A stretch of DNA of 64,000 nucleotides from the human T2T-CHM13v2.0 reference genome, Homo sapiens, in NCBI RefSeq assembly GCF_009914755.1, contig NC_060926.1. One strand, written 5' to 3'. Under the pieces are notes generated by a model. It ran no database searches. It was not told the DNA's origin and saw only the letters and a list, made by a program, of their open reading frames with translations. Made by a program: the position numbers and the translations under genes. Shown piece after piece: positions 27,728-46,450 of the stretch (position 1 is its first letter; each line of letters opens with the position of its first letter).

Positions 27728-28308
27728 TAGGAAACTCAGTAAAGTTTTAGAGGGTGGGAACATCAAGTCTTGAATATACTCTGCAAAGGAGAGGGTACTT
27801 TGTTCTATACTTATAACATTTCTGTGAGAGTGAAATGGTTCCTTCTTAAAAAAAAGAGACAATTTTACAAGATAATGCTAAATATATTTGAAAGTATTTT
27901 GTAATGACCTTAAGCCATTCTTACATGACTGTATGGTCACGCAATTCACTACAGATGCATAAAAATGAAACCACAAGTCCTCAAGGCCGGTATCACTCAC
28001 AGATTCACCATTATTTAAACCTGTAAGCCACCTTAATACCCAGAGATTATATAAGCTGCATCTTATTTTTGGTTTGGTGATCTCTATATTTTACCCTCTC
28101 TTCTGCCATTGAGTATTATTTCCCCGGGGTTCTCAGCATGAAGAGCTGACTAGTGATGCCAGATCTGATTGACTTAAATAACTAGTTTCTTCCTGCATTT
28201 ATCAGAGTCTGGATTAGGATAAACTTGAAATTATCCAGGGTTCAGTTGTCTCCACAAGTAGGAAGACCAAGATTGCATCCCCTGAGTAATGCTGAACTCC
28301 CCACCAGC

Positions 28309-28794
28309 ATGTTCCTGGGTGCTCAGGTACAGCTCCTCTGAATCCTGGATTTCTGGAGAGCAGGTGATGGAGAGACTTTGGAAAAGATCAGGACAGTAAG
28401 TCCTCCCTACCAGTGAGGGCAGCTGCTGCTCAGTGCATGTCCCTGCCTTGCACTATGAATGCCACTTTCCTCTTTTACTTTTTAGCAGTGAGTGGGAACA
28501 TCATTCTGATCCACATACCAGCCTCCTGTCTCACATCCAGAACAGAGTCTCCACCTCTTATCAAGCAAATTTCCATACATATGGAGAAATTAATTGGATC
28601 CTAATAAAACTGGTAATGGATTTGCACCCAATCATATCTCACATCTCTAACAGGGCCCAAGACATCTCAGCCTGCTTCAGCAGCAGCATTCAACTACATC
28701 AGTGTCTGTGGGCTGTAGCCTGGGTTCTGGAAAGTATTACTCATGCCTGACTAGGAGTGGTCAAATCACTGTGGTGTAAGCTCTGCACACACCC
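28309..28794 (+). pseudogene. Unnamed V-kappa relic, family A, head-to-head with IGKV1-37
   Basis: Leader 28309-28363 MFLGAQVQLL*ILDFWRA with GT donor. Acceptor ttag|CAGTGAGTGGG-AACATCATTCTG at 28486 and a frameshifted V. CACTGTG at 28767-73 + 12 bp + CACACACCC. Confidence 0.8.
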
Positions 28795-28839
28795 TCCTTC
28801 TGTCTATTCAGGGACCTGAATGTTAAGGGAACTTGCTTT

Positions 28840-29378
28840 TGTAGAGGGAAAAGGGGAAAGAGAAAAGCAAACCTTCTAAAGGTTTGCTGAAAATGAATAA
28901 ACAAAAGACAAATTAATAGGAAAAAAAGGCAGACAAATGTATTTAACATGCGGGGTGGGGGTGTGGGGATAACACACGAGAGGGATTACCCAAATAACCC
29001 AGTGAGGTCCAGGTGCTTCTACATCCTTTATAGGGGAGAGGGAAGTAGAGAGTATAGGCAACTAAGGGAGAGTAAATAACCTAAAATAAAAGAAAAGGGT
29101 CCTGAAAAGGATAGGTAGTAGCCTGTCTGGATAAAGTCAACATCCAATCTTTTCTGGATTTAACTTCTAGTGCATGTTAATATTCCCTGGTAGATAAACA
29201 TTCCCAGGGAGGGTTTTCATGACAATTGGCTTCCTTCTGGAGAAACTGCCCTTAGACAGGTAAGGGAGATTTAGGAAAAGCCCCTTTATATATTTGTTGT
29301 TTTCTAAACACCTTCAGTTTGAAGCAATCACAATACCAATGTAGCATATCTTGAGATGTTACTTCCCAGATTCCTTCA
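28840..29378 (-). mobile_element. MER34-like ERV1 LTR
   Basis: Reverse strand begins TGAAGGAATCTGG..CAAGATATGCTACATTGGTATTGTGATTGCTTCAAACTGAAGG, similar to MER34; TG/CA ends. Confidence 0.6.
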
Positions 29379-29608
29379 TTTGCAACTGACCTGCCAGGAA
29401 ACACCATTCCAGAAGGTTGCAGCTCCAGGTGGAAAGTACAGGTGCTTTTTTCTAAACGGTTGGAGCAGTCCCTGTCTGCACTGAGGACTTTCCCTTTCAC
29501 CGTACTTCTGCTGATTCCCCATGGCCATCTCTGCCCTCTCTGAGAAAGGCAGCTCCGCCTACACGCATGGCAGACCACAGGGCTTGGAATGAGTCTTTCC
29601 TCAGACAG

Positions 29609-30784
29609 TGCTATGGTTTCACTGTATCCCCTCAATTTCATCCACTGTTAATTTAATCCATAATGCAACAGAATTGAGAGGTGGGGCCTAATGAGAAGTG
29701 TTTAAATACTGAAGGTTCTGCCCTTATGAATAGATTAATGCTACTATAAAAAGGGCTTTTATTATGGAACCAAACTGGATTCAGCTTGCTCAGTGCAGTA
29801 AAACCAGTTATCCAAACTGAGTTTGCAGTAGGAGAAAAAAGTCATTTATTTGCAGGACGTCAAGCAAAGAGGACCAGACAGCTAATGCTTAAATCTTGAT
29901 CTCTCTAATGGCTTACAAATAATGGCTTTTAAAAGCCCAGGTAAGTTTCAGGGAATCAAAAGTTACAGGCAAAATTGTAAATCAATACATGGAGGTTACA
30001 CATTGGCTTTGGCCTAAGAGGGCAGGATATCATGAAGCAGCAGAATATCTTACAGGTCATGAGTAGATTGAAAAATTTTCTGATGTGCAATTGATTAAGG
30101 AAGAAAAGCTTTGTTTAAAAATTGGGGTCAGCACAAAGGAATGTTGGCTCTGGCCTGTGGGTGTGACTTTCTCCAGGCCCCTCAGGTGGAAATTCAGAAC
30201 AAAGAACCATGGTCAAATTTCAGTCCCCTGTTTCCCCTTATGTGAAGTCTATGTGCTGGCAGATCCATTTGTTGGAGATCTGGGTTTCTGAAAAACAACT
30301 CAGAGACATATGCTGAGATGTTCTCTTTAGTTTCTGTAGAGGAATAAAACATACTGTGATTTTTAGCTTCTTTGACTATTGTTTTAGTCTATTATCGTCT
30401 CCTTGCTTCTCATGTTGCTTGTTTACTTCTCAAGGCTTAGCTGGACACCTAACATTTCCCTTGAAAAGACCCAAGATTTTCCTTTATTTCCATGTCTGGG
30501 GAAGCTTCAAAGACCCCTAAGAAGGGGTCAGATCCCTGAACTATCTCAATTATGAGAGCGAGCTCCCAGTCTCTCACTTCTGCTATTGTCAGGCCAGGGC
30601 ATGGCCTTCCTTCTCTCTGAAGGACTCAGCATTCAAATTCCATCTTGAAAGCACAGAAATTGGATCCCAAGCTGCTAGTTACTCAATCTTTGACTTCCCA
30701 TCCTCCAGAAATGTGACAGAATGTTCTTTACTGATTACCCAGTCTCAGGTATTCTGTTATAGCAGCACAAAACAGACTTAGACA
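29609..30784 (+). mobile_element. MST-type MaLR LTR with a nested ERV LTR (29765-30548)
   Basis: Outer element tgctatggttt..gacttagaca has a 5-bp TSD GACAG. Inner element TG...CA has a 4-bp TSD ATTA. Empty site at about 18320. Confidence 0.8.
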
Positions 30785-31023
30785 GACAGCCCTCAATTGG
30801 TGATGACAGAAGGACATGTATACATACCCCAGCTCCCTCCCCTCTCAGCTAGAATAGCCCAGGGACATTTTCCCCGTGTTTCCAAATGGGGTTGAGCTTC
30901 AGTTATCCTAAGAGTTAGGTGGCTTGTTGAGGTGACTTTAACCTTCAACCTCTGTTCTCTGCCTCACTTTCCTCCTTCCCTCCCATTGTAAATATGCTGC
31001 ATGCATAGAAATACTTCTTGTAG

Positions 31024-31437
<414 letters not shown>

Positions 31438-31537
31438 TAAATTGCTTTTTGCCCATCTATCTTAAATTTGATTTATGCAGTAATCCCTTTCTTCTGACTC
31501 ACAAAATAAAAGAAGCTTCTTAAAATAGCAGCACACA

Positions 31538-31885
<348 letters not shown>

Positions 31886-32019
31886 CTACTCTTAAAACCC
31901 ACAGGTCAGAGAGTCTCCAAATCACAAATTATTTCCTGCTTCCTTGCTTCATAAAACAGCCTTGTGAATTTTCATTTGACTTTAGGGGTGGGCAGTTGTG
32001 GGAATAATGGGAGTTGTTT

Positions 32020-32485
32020 TGGGGATAAATAAGGACCCCCCACCCTAATTATATTTATGTCCTAATATTTGGAATCTATGAATGTTACCTTATATGTCAA
32101 GAGGAACTCGGCAGATGTGATTCAGTTAAGAAATTTGACATGAGGAGAGTATCCTAGATTGCCTGTCTCAAACCAGTGTAATCACAAGGTCCTTATAATA
32201 GAAAATACAGGAGGGTCACAATCAGAGAGGAGCCCGGACAATGGAGGGGAATGCTGTTGTGGCAGAATGGGGCCAAGAAGCAAGGAATCTGAGAGATCTT
32301 GAAGATGAAAACTTAGTATCCAATTCTCTTCCTTGGAGCCTCCAGAAATAATACAGCCCTGCTCACTCTTTGATTTTAGTTCAGTGAGACTTCTGACTTT
32401 CAGAACTGTAAGATAATACATTTGTGTTGTATGAAGCCAGTGAGGTCATACTAATTTGTTCCAACAGCAATAGGATATTAATGCA
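32020..32485 (+). mobile_element. MLT1B/C-like LTR
   Basis: gaatgttaccttatatg..taatcacaaggtccttataa..cagaactgtaagataatacatttgtgttg. A partial paralog lies at about 51590-51905. Confidence 0.7.
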
Positions 32486-33263
32486 AGAGGAAGAGATGGC
32501 TTTTATCTCCTCAGTGCATGGCTGTTCTTGTTCTCCCAAATATCTTCACCTTGTAATAATTTCCCGTCAATTTTGAAAAGACAGAGAACATATTATTTTG
32601 AGAGGAGGTAGCACCAGAATTCCTCTAAGGCAGAAAATGTCTTGGGTCAGATCCCTTGATTGGCTCTGGAACAATCTGGGTATCTGAGAGCCTAGAGATC
32701 AGCTGTCATAGCACGTGAGAGGAGGGGAGATTGTTTTTTGGTTTGTTTTTATATTAGGAGGGCAAATTAGACTTGCAGAACACATTCTGAGAGGGACAGA
32801 CTGAGCCAGGGAAATTCGAAGAGAAAGAGGAGATGTAGAAGGGGCCAGAGAAAAGAAAGATGTGTCCTTCCTCACAAGTCCAAAATAAAGTCATTTGCAA
32901 CTCACAAAGACATTGACAGAGTTGTGTTTTCTAGGGAAAACTGCAGATGGGGCTAGTTTACGATTAAGGTCAGCATGGTGTAAGACAGAGAGAGCAGGAA
33001 GCTGTGGAGTCCACACTGTCCCTACGGTGTCTTCTCCCTTATTATAGACTGTGGGCTCAACTATGGGATGAAAGTGGCTGCATGAAAGAAATATAATAAA
33101 GCCACACAGACTTGGGTTCAAATTCCAGCCCACATGTGCTGATCATGTGATTTTGCATAAACCATCCATGAGCTCTGATCATTGGTTTCTTCATCTGTGA
33201 AATGGAACACTGTGTATATCAAGGGGTCTCCTGAGGACTTAATCAGATGATGGGCCTTGAAGT

Positions 33264-33280
33264 ATGTGTGTGTGTGTGTG

Positions 33281-33313
<33 letters not shown>
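33264..33313. repeat. (TG)n(TA)n microsatellite
   Basis: Direct reading. Confidence 0.9.
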
Positions 33314-33316
<3 letters not shown>

Positions 33317-35551
33317 CAATTGTCATCCTGTTTATCTTTCTAATATATATATATCCAGTCCTCTTTTTATGTACCCTTGACCATGCTGGAATAAAAAGGC
33401 TATGTAAGATATTACTAGCCAGACATCACTTTCAATTCAAATTCTTCAATATTTATTCTACAACAAGCAAGTGCATCACTAAGGGCAGTGGGGTTTCATG
33501 TGCATAGCTTCCACTGTAAACAATTCTACCTACTCTTTATGTGTGGTATTAGAAAGACAAACAAGATGACAATTGATCATAACACTTTTAGTCTGAGTTG
33601 TCTCTGAGCTGCATTTGTGTTAGTGTCTCATTCTTTGGCTCCTAAGGTTGTGACCACAGTTCTGAGTTCTAATTCTTTTCTTCCCACATGCACAGCCTTT
33701 CTCAGAATTCACTCTGGCCTCCCCATGCTGGGAATCCAGACTCACCCTCCTGCTACACTCCCCAGAATCCAGCACTAACTGCCTGGAAGCTTTTCTTTGT
33801 AAGCCCTCCAAACGCAACCTCTGATAGATACCTGGTTGGAGGAGTTAGCATCTTCCCATCAAAAACCACTGAGAAGAAGGAGAAAACTGCTAGCATGATG
33901 TTGCTGTTGAGGAGATGTGTACAGTCCACAGATTTTATGTCTTCTTCAAGTGTTCTTGTCTCTTTCTTGACCACTATTTTAATTTCATGATCATAAAGGA
34001 GGGAGGAATTAGGGACAACAAAAAGATGTTCATCCTTAAGATATAAAACATGAAACTGAGACAGGAAGAGAGCAGAAATTATGAACTCTTTGCAGTGGTT
34101 TGGGTTTCCTTAGCTATAAATACAGCAGAGCCAAGATGTCAGGAAAGGACATCACTTATTCTGGTTCTTGCTTTTACTGCCTTTGACACCCACAAACACA
34201 CACATACACACGCATGATAATGCATTTCTTCTCCTAAGGGGCAGGTCTATGGCCAACGAGGCTCTTTTTCTTCAGTATCATTTAAGGATAAGCGACAATA
34301 ATTTTAGAAACAAGTGAAAGAATAACAATGGCTTAAGCAATGAGAAGAGATCTGAAGTTTGGCACATTCAGGGTTAATACAGCAGCTTGGTGACAGGAGA
34401 AAGGCCCCAGATTCTTTCTACATTACTGCTTGGTAAACTTGACCACATTGGTTTTTCTGTCTTGGGCTCAACATCTCATGGTCTCAAGAAGGCTGCAGAG
34501 ACTGTAAGCTTCATGTCCTCTGGTAACTGCCCAAAGAGGAAATGAAGGGCAAAGCTCTTCATCACCCCTCTTTTTATGAGAGATCACCATTTTCTCCAGA
34601 AGTCCTGCCCCTCCTTCACACCCATGACATCTCATTGTGGAGCTGATCACATGTCCACCTAAACCTTGCTCCTTTCCTGGGCTGGGAGCGGCTCAGTGTC
34701 GTTGTCATGCACAGCAGGACAGAGACAGTGCCCTATACACTGAAAGAGGAGAGGGTGGCTGCTCTGTAGGTGACAAAATTTTAAATTCCACTGTGCTTTT
34801 AAGGAAAGTTGTATGAGGAGGAGAAAAGCTAGGCGCATCTTCATACTGCAACATTCGAAGAAGCCGGGCCCTGAGGATGAAAACGAAGTCAAATTTTAAA
34901 TTTCTCACATGACCTTGTTAGTTTCAGCAATTGTGGAAATGTAGCCTATGCATTTATGTAAGTCAAGGACATACTTTCAGTTACCAGAATACTTGTAGAG
35001 ACATTTATAATAAGATCCTTAAATCAGGGCTAAGGTCAGACTTGCACTGTCTGAAAGCTGCTGGGCTCTGGCCCTGGGCTGTGGAGGAAGCAGCTGCTCT
35101 ACTGAGACAAGGGGCTGAGGACCTGGGAACCAAAGGCGCTGCCCACAGGTCTGCCTCACAGGGGCTTCAGGGAAGGAAATTGCTCACACACTCATGGGCA
35201 CTGCTTCAAGCCCAGAGCCTGCCACCAGGAGGAAAGTCTCAGAGACAAGGGCCTTGGGGCTGGGCCCAAGCTCCTGGGGTGGGCTGCTCTCAGCTCTGTT
35301 CTCACTGGCTCTCAATGACCAGGACTGTGCTGGAGCCAAAGAGGTCAGCAAATGTCCGCAGAGTCCTGACTGAGCCTGATTCTGTTATAGTTAGAAAAAA
35401 AAAGGAGCACGTGCTAAATAAACATAAAATTATGTGTATATGTATATATGCGTTTGTAACAAACTTTGTATATTAAATATGTATAATATTATAGATGTAA
35501 ATTGCAGTGATATCTTTGTATCTACTATGCATCTATATTACGAATAAATAT

Positions 35552-36019
35552 TGTGAAAGGAAAATATCTTGGGCTCCCCAAATCACTAAGCTAAAGGGAA
35601 AATTCTAGCTGGGAACTGAATAGGGCAAATCTGCCTCCCATTGTTTTCAAAGTCAGCCCTCTGGTCCCTGAGATAAATGCATATCTAATTACCTGTTCTG
35701 GAAAGGCTAATCAGAAACTTAAAGGAAGGCAAGTTTTTCTCTCACCTACCTGGGACTTGAAAGCCCCTCCCTGCTTCCAGTTGCCCTGCTTTTCGCTTGG
35801 AGTTGTCCTGCCTTTCCAGACCAAACCAATGTTCATTTTATATATGTTGATTGATGTCTCATGTCTCACTGAAATGTTTAAAACCAAGCTACGCTCTGAC
35901 CACCTTGGCCACATGCCTGCAGGACCTCTTGAGGCTGTGTCACAGGAACGTGTCCTAAACTTTGGCAAAATAAACTTTCTAAATTACCTTATACCTGTCT
36001 CAAATGTTCTGGGTTCACA
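35552..36019 (+). mobile_element. MER4A-like ERV1 solo LTR
   Basis: TGTGAAAGGAAAATATCTTGGGCTCCCCAAATCACTAAGCTAAAGGGAAAA..GGGTTCACA; near-TSD ATAT/ATGT. Confidence 0.8.
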
Positions 36020-36175
36020 ATGTGATATGTACATTTGTATAAATAGGCATAGTTGTTCCTGCAGTTTGATGTAATTCTAATCAGAAAGCAAAAAGGCTAG
36101 TTACCTGATGGTGAAGGAAACATTTGTATTTAGTGCAACCAAACTGAGGATGAAGCCTGAGTCCTCCCTCCTCAC

Positions 36176-36225
36176 CAGAGTCTGACAGCAGCAGAAGAGG
36201 AGGAAAGCTGTGTCTCCATGTCCAC
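36176..36225 (-). pseudogene. Orphan leader exon of relic family B copy 3 (V exon deleted)
   Basis: GTGGACATGGAGACACAGCTTTCCTCCTCTTCTGCTGCTGTCAGACTCTG|GTGAGG, followed by the same MLT1A (about 36275-36580). Confidence 0.7.
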
Positions 36226-37444
36226 GAGGGCCTCCTGAGGCTGATCCTGCTCAGAGAGGGTTGGGACGGTGGGTGAATCTGCTGGCACTGCCACGCCAAA
36301 ATCCCAAAGCCTGGATGGCTTAAGCAATAGAAATTTATATTCACATTTCTGGTGGCTGGAAGTCTAAGATCAAGGTCCAACCAGGTACACATTCTGTTAA
36401 GAACTTTCTTCCTGGTTCATAGACAGCCATGGAGAAAAAGGGATGGGGGTTGGGAAGAGAGAGGGAGAGACAGGGAGGAAAGGAAGAGGAGAGCTCTGGT
36501 TGCTATTCGGATAAGAGCACTAATTCTATTGCAAGGGATCTCATGCTTAGGACCTCCTTTAACCCCATCTACCTCGATCATCTCTCGCAGCTACACTGGG
36601 GGTCAGGGCCCAGCTTCCAGTCTCAGCGCACAGAGCACAGAGCAGATTTTCCCCACCATTTAGCACCCTGGCAGCTCCTCCCAGGTGCTCCAGGTCACAC
36701 ATGAGACCCTGTTCCAGCCAAAGGGCTCCCTGTTGACAGTGAGACACCATCATCCTTACATTCCCAGTATTTCTTAGTTCATGGCATTCTCTTTTTATAC
36801 TGTGGAATTTGTTTGCCATCTAGGGGCAGGTGTTTGACATAGCAATACACACGATTTTTTATTTTGTAATAGGGAAAACTAATTCATTAATTTTGCATAA
36901 ATAATAAATTAAACTGAATAAATTACATGTTGAAAAAGCCAAAGGCCAATTGAAGAGCTTAAAAAGAGCCTGAAGAGACGAAAAAGCCAGATTCCTTTCA
37001 GAGGAGGTGTGTTAGTCACAGATGAAAGTCTTTCATTTGCAGATGACTTTTTAGCAACAATTACCAACAGTAAATGACAACTTCTATAGGCTGCCACAAT
37101 ATGATTATATATTCAAAAATTATTTCCAAATATTGTGTAAATATATTTTCAAATTAAAACGAACAAAAATGCAAGTTTATCAGGAGATTCACACAGTAAA
37201 AAATTGCACAAATGAGTCCTTGAGGCAAAAGAACATTTATCCCTGGTGGAAAGCTGGAATTTTCTTAGGTCTTTAGAAGAAAAGAGAGGCTCTCTAGGGG
37301 TAACAGCTTTCTCTCCTCTCCGCTCCACCCCATGCTGCTGAGGAATGGGAATGGGGGCAGAGACTGTGAGGAAGGAGGTAGGCTGTGCTCTGAGCTTTTG
37401 AGGCTTCTTTGTAATAAATTTGATTATCCTCTGGTTCTTCTTGA

Positions 37445-37723
37445 ATCCCCTTTCTGTCTTTGATATCATTTTTTTAGCATTTTGATTTGAGAGTATAGCC
37501 CTTGGGATATCAAAATCATGTAGGCTGTATGTTTGTTTCCTTGTTAAATACATCTAAACATCTTGAGTGAGTTTAGACCTTATCCCCTTTCTGTCTTTGA
37601 TATCATTTTTTTAGCATTTTGATTTGAGAGTATAGCCCTTGGGATATCAAAATCATGTAGGCTGTATGTTTGTTTCCTTGTTAAATACATCTAAACATCT
37701 TGAGTGAGTTTAGACCTTATCCC
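37445..37723. repeat. Perfect 137-bp tandem duplication
   Basis: 37445-37581 equals 37582-37718, with ATCCC microhomology at the junctions. Confidence 0.95.
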
Positions 37724-39209
37724 TGTCTCACATCAAAGCAGAATCTACAGCGACTAGGTGCTGTCAATCACGTGAGTACTAAAGACGATGATGGCATTTC
37801 TCAGCTCCTGCTCTTGCTACTTACGCTTTGTTTCTCTGAAATAGCATTCTGTAAAATCATTTACACTCCACGATGTATTTATTAGGATTTTTAAATAGCA
37901 TATTTAAAAGTGTCTAATGTTTTTTAATTTGAGGGCTCCAGTCTGCTTGATTTCTACATAAATTTTGCCCTATATCTATGAAACCTAATAGAAATGGCAC
38001 TTTGGAATTTTAGTTGCAGTGGCCATTGAATCCATTATCACAGAATGGAAAATAATCTCCAATATACTTCAAATCCTAAGGCTGAAGCAGAAGCTTCTTG
38101 TTCTGTTCCTTCAATCATTCTTTTGTCTCTATCACACCATGTTCTGTCATGTAACTGACATGACTCATCATTAAGTTTGATGGAAATTTAAAATACCATT
38201 TTAAGTGAAATCAACTGAAACCTTACTTTTTTTTGCTTTTATACCTAAAATAGAGGATTTAGATATATTTTCTAGGAACGATGATGTAATATGTAAACAA
38301 GGAATTTTGGTATTGTTTGAAATATTTTCTCATGGGGACACACCACTAAATTTGTCACCTCTAAAACAGTACTTAGGTTAAATGCTTTTTAAATTCTTAA
38401 AACTGGGGTAAGAAGAAAAAATATTATGTAATTCTGCATTATTCATGTGACATATTTAGTGAGTCTATGTTGTCCATCTGTGAGTTCATTCTGTTTATTT
38501 TCAAAGCTCACTTTTGTAACTGGAAGAACTTTCACTGGGATGAAGGTAATTGAGGAGAATTGAAGTATTTTGGCATTGAGATCTTTTATTTGCCATGTGT
38601 TTACCAAGTCTATGAATAGTCAAACCTAAACATTTTTAATAATTATTTTTTGCCACACTCCCCTGAGGACAGCTTGTGTAGAATACCTTCTCCAGCATGA
38701 CACTGGAGAGGGCAGTTTAGTGTACGAGTGCTAAAAAAGATACAAGGTTGGGAGAATGAAATGAAAAAAATGATTTCTCAATAGGACCAAGTATCATCTT
38801 GTATAAAATAAACCCCAAGCTGGTCATTTCCAACACGTATTCCACTTGTGTTGTCACTAATCTGCATCCACGGTCTGGTTGTTTTGACAAGTAAATGTCC
38901 TTGAAAAATGTAGGCAAGATAGGGAGGGATGAGCTTTCATTCACTCTCCCTTCATCATAGCTGGTTGTTCCCAGGGCTCATGGCCCCCAAGAATTCTCCT
39001 CCTGATGATGTCTTCCCCAGGCCATGGCAGCTGATGGGACCTTAACATATGTGACTGAGGCACAGCTGAGGCTCTCATGAGCCAGAGTCTTCAGCAGCAA
39101 ACCCTTTCCCTGAGTTCCCCAACAGCCTCCTCTTCCGCAGACTCAGAGACCCTGCAGAGCTGCTCCCAGACAGCAGCTCATGTGGGCAGTTGGGACACCC
39201 CAGCAAGGA

Positions 39210-39237
39210 GGTTTGTGTTCAAGGCGTTACCACTGTG
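39210..39237 (-). other. 12-RSS of IGKV2-38
   Basis: CACAGTG + 12 bp + ACACAAACC. Confidence 0.9.
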
Positions 39238-39480
39238 CAAGGATATTATGTAGCTTGCATGTATTAATAAAGTCGAATATCCTCAGCCTCCACCCTGCTA
39301 ATTTTGAGTTTAAAATATGTGCCTGACCCACTGCTATTGAACCTGTCTGGGACTCCAGAGGCCCCATTGGAAACCCCATAGATCAGGAGCTGTGGAGACT
39401 CGCCTGGCTTCTATAGTTACCAATACAAATAGGTGTTTCCATTGCTATGCAGGAGGGTCTGACTAGACCTGCAGGAGATG
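39238..39480 (-). pseudogene. IGKV2-38: Immunoglobulin kappa variable 2-38 truncated pseudogene (or 2D-38)
   Basis: [78 protein letters not shown]1 and acceptor are deleted; the intron remnant is cut by an L1 at about 40020 and no leader was found. Confidence 0.88.
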
Positions 39481-39608
39481 AAGTACAAAGTTATGTACAA
39501 ATATTATGAGCAAGTATCACGATTTCCCTTATGATATGGATTTATCATTTATCTTTTAAAAGATTTTTTATTCACATCATAAAAAATACGTTTTTAAAAA
39601 TGAGCTTA

Positions 39609-39938
<330 letters not shown>

Positions 39939-40020
39939 TTACTAGGTACAAGCGACCCTTTATTAAAAGATATTATTCAAGGCACTGGTCATTGTTCTTT
40001 CAGGTGGTTTCTAATGATTA

Positions 40021-44417
<4,397 letters not shown>

Positions 44418-44486
44418 TTGATCAGACAGCACCGTCCTGTGGGCACAGCCTCCTGCCTCACCATCTTCCTGTCACAATAGGAGGAC

Positions 44487-44795
<309 letters not shown>

Positions 44796-44849
44796 TTGGA
44801 ATTTTCTTGATCATGGAGACAAGGATGAGTGATATCTTGATCAGGGAGG

Positions 44850-46450
44850 AGTGAAATCAGTGCTGGGAGCTGCCTGCACTCACTCCTCTGCTTTTTCCAT
44901 CTGGTTTTAAGTCACCTAATGCATCAAAATAAACACAATTTTGCCTCACCAGGCACAGTGGCTTCTCTCATAGTCACCTGATTCAATGATAGAACAAGTA
45001 GAAGGAATGAATGGACTGTTTCTTGTGCTTCTCAACTCAAGCTGACCAAGAGGCTGCCTTTGCTGTTCTCATCTCCTAAGCTCACTGTGTGTTTCATCTC
45101 CCCTCTGCTGCACTAGCATCCAAGTGCATGTGATGCTTCAGCTGCGTGTTACTCAAAGCTTCATTCTGAAGTCTGTTGAAGTTAAGAGAAACTTTTACCA
45201 GAGGAAATGTCAGTAAATAAAAACAATCTTGAAATTCTTCTAGCTTCCACATTTTCTCTACTTCCTCTCTAAAATATGTAGAAGGAAACCTATTTCTCCT
45301 TGATTATCAGGTTGTATGTCCCCAGCCCACACCATAGGACCCTTTGTTCAAAGTTTGTCCTGAACCATAATAAGAACTAAATGGCCACATGTTCATCATT
45401 TTTTTCAATTTAATGCAACAATTATCATGCTAATTCTTTGAATTAAGAACTATCAACTGGAAAACCAGACAAGAGTGAATAGAAACAACATTTCAATCTT
45501 CTCTGTACCCATAATAAATAGTCATCTCTCAGATTCTCCTATTCTGTTAATGGGGGTAACAACGTCATACACATCAGTGTTTCAGGGCCTCCAGCACATC
45601 TGGTAAGACAGTGATTTGACATTACAAGGGTTAGTGTTTTGGCTTTTCCTGACTACTAATGGATTTTCTCTTTTCTATAAGGACAGCTGCCCCTGGACAC
45701 ATGACAACATCGTGAATATACGTTGCTTCACTTTTTTTTTTTTTTTTTTTTGCTATAGATACTTCCAAGTGATGATTCTGGCAGAAACATGACTGACAAG
45801 AAAGGCAAATCCGTATACAGGAAAACTACCACTGTCCTCTGGATGCTGGGTTAGGTGCACTGTACTCATTTGACACGCGTTGTTAGTCTGATCACTGATG
45901 TGTGGTTAGATGTTAGTGGTTTGGGAGGGGTAATGCTACTTGGCAAGTTGAATGCTCAGAAGAGCCATAGGTATGCAAGCCTCATTAACTGAAATTCATA
46001 TTGTTGAGCTCCTGCATGGATTTCTATGGTTCATGTCACTTCCTAAAAAATCTGGGAAAGTTGACTGACTGAAGGCCAAGCATTCGATCCTCTTAATTAC
46101 TAAGAGCTGGTCCTCAGTAATGGAATAGATATGAATATTCACTTAGGAAGCATTTATTTTTGATCTTGACGTATTTTCAAAGATCCAGTCATAGCTCTTC
46201 CAAACCAACTTTGTCTCGAGTCCTTCAGTTTTGTTTCTTCTGAGGCCTGGTGATCTCTCCAAACCAATAGCCAATGTTATGGAATTGCTAATCCCTCTTT
46301 GCAAAGTGTACGGTGACTTCACCCTTCGGGTTTGCCCACTCTTGTGACTGCTAGTCTCCCAGGGTATCCTTTACCATGGCAGTGGTATGACATCAATACA
46401 GCACCCAGTTATGAGAACTCCATCCAGCATGGCATCATTGGCAGCATATG
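44850..46450 (-). mobile_element. Degenerate ERVL/MaLR internal remnant (paralog of 13200-15100)
   Basis: Colinear homology with 13200-15100, including the RNaseH-like segment. Confidence 0.5.

Noticed and set aside
34931-35476. 181-aa ORF, the longest in the window
   Set aside because: No recognisable domain, non-ATG start, and the frame is broken in the paralog at 22680-23220.
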